In this document: positions 60,502 through 64,000 of the stretch, piece after piece | Numbering within the stretch: position 1 is the stretch's first letter | Layout of the letters: each line of letters starts with the position of its first letter | NCBI GenBank assembly: GCA_001791745.1 | Contig: MGFG01000020.1 | Location: 10,712 to 74,711, forward strand | DNA: 64,000 bases | Direction of reading: 5' to 3' | Source: Candidatus Uhrbacteria bacterium RIFOXYC2_FULL_47_19 | GTDB lineage: Bacteria; Patescibacteriota; Patescibacteriia; SG8-24 | Program-made: the position numbers and the translations under genes | The notes under the pieces: generated by a model | Seen by the model: only the letters and a program-made list of their open reading frames with translations | Told to the model about the DNA's origin: nothing | Databases searched by the model: none

Positions 60502-61043
60502 AGATTGATACAAAGACAGAAGTAGTTTCGTCCGAAGGAGGTTGTACTTCAAAAGAGGCCTCTATGGTAGTTCATTGGATAGAGGAGGCAGCTGCGGTCG
60601 CTCGGCAGGCTACCTGCCGGCGGGTTTTGTGCGGGGCGATTATTGTGAGCGGTGAGGAAGTGATCGGTCAGGGATTCAACTTGCCACCCGGCAACGACGA
60701 GCAGGAACGACGTTGTCACCGGCATAAGTCATCCTACGATCTAAAGATCACAGACAAGACTTGCTGCGTACACGCCGAGTAACGGGCGGTAATGGACGCA
60801 CTGGCTCGACATCCAGATCGACTGGCTGGTTCAACTATGTATTTTGTTGGTTTGCTGCCTGATGGTAGTCCACGCTCGCAGGGTGGTGAGATCCGTCTCT
60901 ACTGTACGATCTGCACCAAGATGATGCGTGATGTAGGTATCGCCAAGTACGTACTGCAAACTCCGGACGGATCGTCAGTCTCCTATTCGGCGGATGAGTA
61001 TCTGCGTCTATCTTATGAATACAGTCATCAATTTACTAACTAA
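60498..61043 (+). pseudogene. dCMP/cytidine deaminase family, in-frame TAA after HAE
   Basis: ATCRR..CGAIIV...GFNLPP...CVHAE*RAVMDAL...YCTICTK in one frame; TAA at 60780-60782. Confidence 0.85.
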
Positions 61044-61054
61044 TCTCATTTGGT

Positions 61055-61471
61055 ATGCGAATTGGGGTGGTTGGCAGCATGCATTTTACAGAGACGATGT
61101 TGGAGATGCGGGATAGACTGATCGATCTCGGTCATGATGCTTATTTGACCGGGTTGGCCGCACCGTTTATTGGTAAGTCAGACAAGGAAAAAGAAAAGAT
61201 TAAGATTGAACAAAAGACACATCAAGACGCGATTCGTGATTTTTGGAGATTGATGCAAGGAGGAGATGCAATTTTAGTCGTTAATCCCGATCGTCATGGT
61301 ATTGTTAACTATATAGGAGGAAATACTTTTTTGGAGATGGGGTTTGCTCACGTTTTAGATCAGAAGATATTTTTACTTAATCCAATTCCCGACATACCGT
61401 TTTATCGTACTGAAATTGAGGCTTTTCAACCGATTATTCTAAATGGCGACCTGGATCGTCTAATCGTATAA
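61055..61471 (+). CDS. nucleoside 2-deoxyribosyltransferase-like protein
   Basis: VVGSMHF...GHD...DAILVVN...YIGGNTFLEMGFAHVLDQKIFLLN. Confidence 0.65.
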   Translation: MRIGVVGSMHFTETMLEMRDRLIDLGHDAYLTGLAAPFIGKSDKEKEKIKIEQKTHQDAIRDFWRLMQGGDAILVVNPDRHGIVNYIGGNTFLEMGFAHVLDQKIFLLNPIPDIPFYRTEIEAFQPIILNGDLDRLIV

Positions 61472-61561
61472 AAAATTTATTGCAATTAATTTATCGTTGG
61501 GGATGACATCGATCTTCGGAGCTGATAGCATACAAGACATCTTCAACTAAACCCGACCATC

Positions 61562-62005
61562 ATGTGGGACATCAATGAGATACATCGTCGTCTTAAAGAA
61601 AAGAAAAAAGAACGTCGTGATTTAAATCGTGTCGTCAAGGATGAGTTGTCCCAGAACGCCGAGTATCAGCAAGTTATTGAAGAATTGAAAACGCTCAAAG
61701 AGCGTAAGAAATCGATTGAGGGGACGATTAAGATGTCCTGCTCATCTGAGGTCGACCGCATGGACGTACTGAAAGACGAAATTGCTGCCGATACCGAATT
61801 ACTTTCCGATTTAGCACTCAATATGTACGTTGAAGGCAAGACTGTTGAAATTGTCGAGGATGAAACGCGTTATGTACCGCAGTTTACTGTTCGGTTCAAA
61901 AAAGACGACACACCGGTTTCCGCAGCCATGGCCGAAGCAGCTGCAGCAGCACGAGCCGAGTCGCACCAGGAACGTACTTTCGCTCCATTCGTCCAGCCGG
62001 TTTGA
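61562..62005 (+). CDS. hypothetical coiled-coil protein
   Basis: EYQQVIEELKTLKERKKSIE...LLSDLAL...YVPQFTVRFKK; looks like a CPR-conserved family. Confidence 0.75.
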   Translation: MWDINEIHRRLKEKKKERRDLNRVVKDELSQNAEYQQVIEELKTLKERKKSIEGTIKMSCSSEVDRMDVLKDEIAADTELLSDLALNMYVEGKTVEIVEDETRYVPQFTVRFKKDDTPVSAAMAEAAAAARAESHQERTFAPFVQPV

Positions 62006-62216
62006 ATAAAATAATCAATATATAAAGACCAAGGTGGATTTACGGATTCACCTTTCTGTTTTTTATCGATTTGTATTTAAGTGAGCGGTATTAACCACAT
62101 TGGCTGTTCTAGTTGCCAAAATAAGCATATTTAATTAGGATGATGGGCAGTTGTGAATAATCTGATGCGGACAGATCAATCTGTTACGCTCGTTTTTTCC
62201 GAGTCTTTACTCGAGT

Positions 62217-64000
62217 ATGAGCATGAAACCTTTTCTTAATGGCTTACGCCGTACATCTCATGGGTTCTGGAATGCCCTACTATCGCTCTTGCTTCCAACT
62301 ACACCTCGTGGTCGGATTAGACGAGCGGTGTTTTTCATTGTTTTATTACTAGTCTTCTCCAGTGCGTTGAGCTATCCAAAGTGGTGGAATTCGTCGGTTG
62401 ACCGAATCAATGGTTGGTCCGAGAGCACTCTTGGATTGGATCTACACCTTCCTCAGTTTTGGGAATTGCCATTTGTTCTTGGTTTGGATCTGCAAGGTGG
62501 AACACATTTGGTCTACGTTGCCGACATGGCTAACATTCCTGATTCAGAGCAGGATACGTCGATCGCTGGTGTACGAGATGTCATTGAGCGACGGGTCAAT
62601 TCTTTTGGTGTTTCGGAACCGTTAGTCCAGACTAATAAATCCGGTAATGAGTGGCGGTTGATTGTTGATTTGGCCGGTGTATCGGACATTTCTGAGGCTA
62701 TTAAACTGATTGGAGAAACTCCAATTCTTGAGTTTAAAGAACAGAACAATGAGCCACCGCGAGCGTTGACTGCTGAAGAACAAGCTGATTTGGAAGCAAG
62801 TAACACGGCTGCAAAATCTAAGGCCGATGATCTGTTAGCACGGGCGTTAGCCGGAGGAGATTTTGCTACCTTGGCTACTGAGAATTCAGACGATTTATCT
62901 ACTAGGGGTGTTGGCGGCAATCTTGACTTTCAATCTAAGTCGGGTCCGTACTCTGAGTTAATCGATCAATTATTGAGTGGTGACATGTCTGAGGGGCAGG
63001 TGGTTCCTCGGTTACTAGAAGATTATCGTGGTTACCATATTGTTCGTTACGAGGAACAGCGAGAGTCTGGCCAGGAGATGAAAGCTTCACATGTTTTGAT
63101 TTGCTATGCCGGGGCTGCACAATGTGAATCCGAACGTAGTAAGGATGAGGCTTTGAGTTTAGCTCGGGAGTTGGCTGGACAGGCCACACCAGAAAACTTT
63201 GCTCAATTGGCTCAGGACAATTCTTCCGATGTTGGCACTGCTGAGAATGGTGGTGATCTAGGTTGGTTCCAGCCAGGAATCATGGTTAAGCCTTTCGAAG
63301 ACGCGACACAGGCTCTGGAGGTTGGGAGTATTACAACTGAACCAGTTGAAACTGACTTTGGTTTTCATGTTATCTATAAGACTGATGCTCGACCGATTAG
63401 TGAATATCGTCTGAGTCACATTCAGATCAACAAGAAGACTGCAGCAGATTATGTACCGCCGGCTGATCAGTGGAAGAACACTCAGCTTTCTGGTAAACAG
63501 CTCAAACGTTCAGTAGTGCAGTTTCATCCGCAGACTAATGAACCACAGGTTGCTCTGGAATTTGATTCCGAAGGCAAGGATTTGTTTGCGGATATTACCG
63601 GACGAAATGTTGGTCAGCCAGTAGCCATCTTCCTTGATGGAGAGGCTATTAGTATCCCGACCGTCAATGAGGTCATTTCTGGTGGTGAAGCGGTTATTAG
63701 TGGTAATTTCTCTATTCAAGAAGCCAAGTTGCTGGCTCAACGATTAAATGCTGGTGCGTTACCAGTACCAATTCATCTTGAAACACAGCAGTCGGTTGGT
63801 GCCACTCTAGGTAATGATTCACTTTATTCGTCACTTCGGGCTGGATTGATTGGCTTTTTAGTAGTAGTGCTGTTCATGTTACTGTACTACCGTTTGCCTG
63901 GACTAATTGCGGTTGTGGCTTTGTGCATTTACACAGCTGTCAACTTAGCTATCTATAAGTTGATTCCAGTTACTTTAACCTTATCGGGTATCGCTGGGTT
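62217..64000 (+). CDS. secD: protein translocase subunit SecD with inserted parvulin PPIase domains (runs off the window)
   Basis: LGLDLQGGTHLVY, VIERRVNSFGVSEPLVQ, VAIFLDG, LNAGALPVP and TLSGIAG; insert has ASHVLI, GGDLGWF and ETDFGFHVI. Confidence 0.95.
   Translation, partial: MSMKPFLNGLRRTSHGFWNALLSLLLPTTPRGRIRRAVFFIVLLLVFSSALSYPKWWNSSVDRINGWSESTLGLDLHLPQFWELPFVLGLDLQGGTHLVYVADMANIPDSEQDTSIAGVRDVIERRVNSFGVSEPLVQTNKSGNEWRLIVDLAGVSDISEAIKLIGETPILEFKEQNNEPPRALTAEEQADLEASNTAAKSKADDLLARALAGGDFATLATENSDDLSTRGVGGNLDFQSKSGPYSELIDQLLSGDMSEGQVVPRLLEDYRGYHIVRYEEQRESGQEMKASHVLICYAGAAQCESERSKDEALSLARELAGQATPENFAQLAQDNSSDVGTAENGGDLGWFQPGIMVKPFEDATQALEVGSITTEPVETDFGFHVIYKTDARPISEYRLSHIQINKKTAADYVPPADQWKNTQLSGKQLKRSVVQFHPQTNEPQVALEFDSEGKDLFADITGRNVGQPVAIFLDGEAISIPTVNEVISGGEAVISGNFSIQEAKLLAQRLNAGALPVPIHLETQQSVGATLGNDSLYSSLRAGLIGFLVVVLFMLLYYRLPGLIAVVALCIYTAVNLAIYKLIPVTLTLSGIAG

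Noticed and set aside
60780-60782. Selenocysteine or pyrrolysine readthrough in the deaminase
   Set aside because: The codon is TAA, not TGA or TAG, and the expected residue is Gln.

Overview
Bacterial chromosomal window read in the standard code (table 11). Gene content and surface-protein domains point to Patescibacteria/CPR, probably an ABY1-type lineage such as Uhrbacteria (inference). About 1-15 kb is a mixed-GC accessory region. It opens with a GIY-YIG nuclease gene and several copies of a tRNA-Gln-like 3' tail, each followed by a hairpin and separated by cargo DNA. It then carries secreted and membrane genes, an ABC-F ATPase and a probable orphan DGR target gene. 15.4-27.6 kb encodes a 2846-aa surface protein, a membrane-anchored single-domain Clp-type ATPase, a polytopic membrane protein and a PGY-repeat peptide. 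27.6-54.3 kb is mostly housekeeping: queH, typA, LOG, era, rlmD, a WecA-like transferase, rplU, recR, ybaB, dnaB, folD, glyA, elp3, murC, murB, hpf and secA. It is interrupted by an internally deleted IS200 element and by a REP-like cluster enclosing a GC-rich structured element. 54.4-61.5 kb is a largely AT-rich island with a divergent SelO-like gene, a 1253-aa protein whose repeats alternate constant and variable blocks, and a MazG-like/deaminase/NDT-like trio. The window ends inside secD, which carries two inserted parvulin domains. No rRNA, complete tRNA, CRISPR array, integrase or reverse transcriptase is seen. All calls come from motif recognition by eye; no searches were run.
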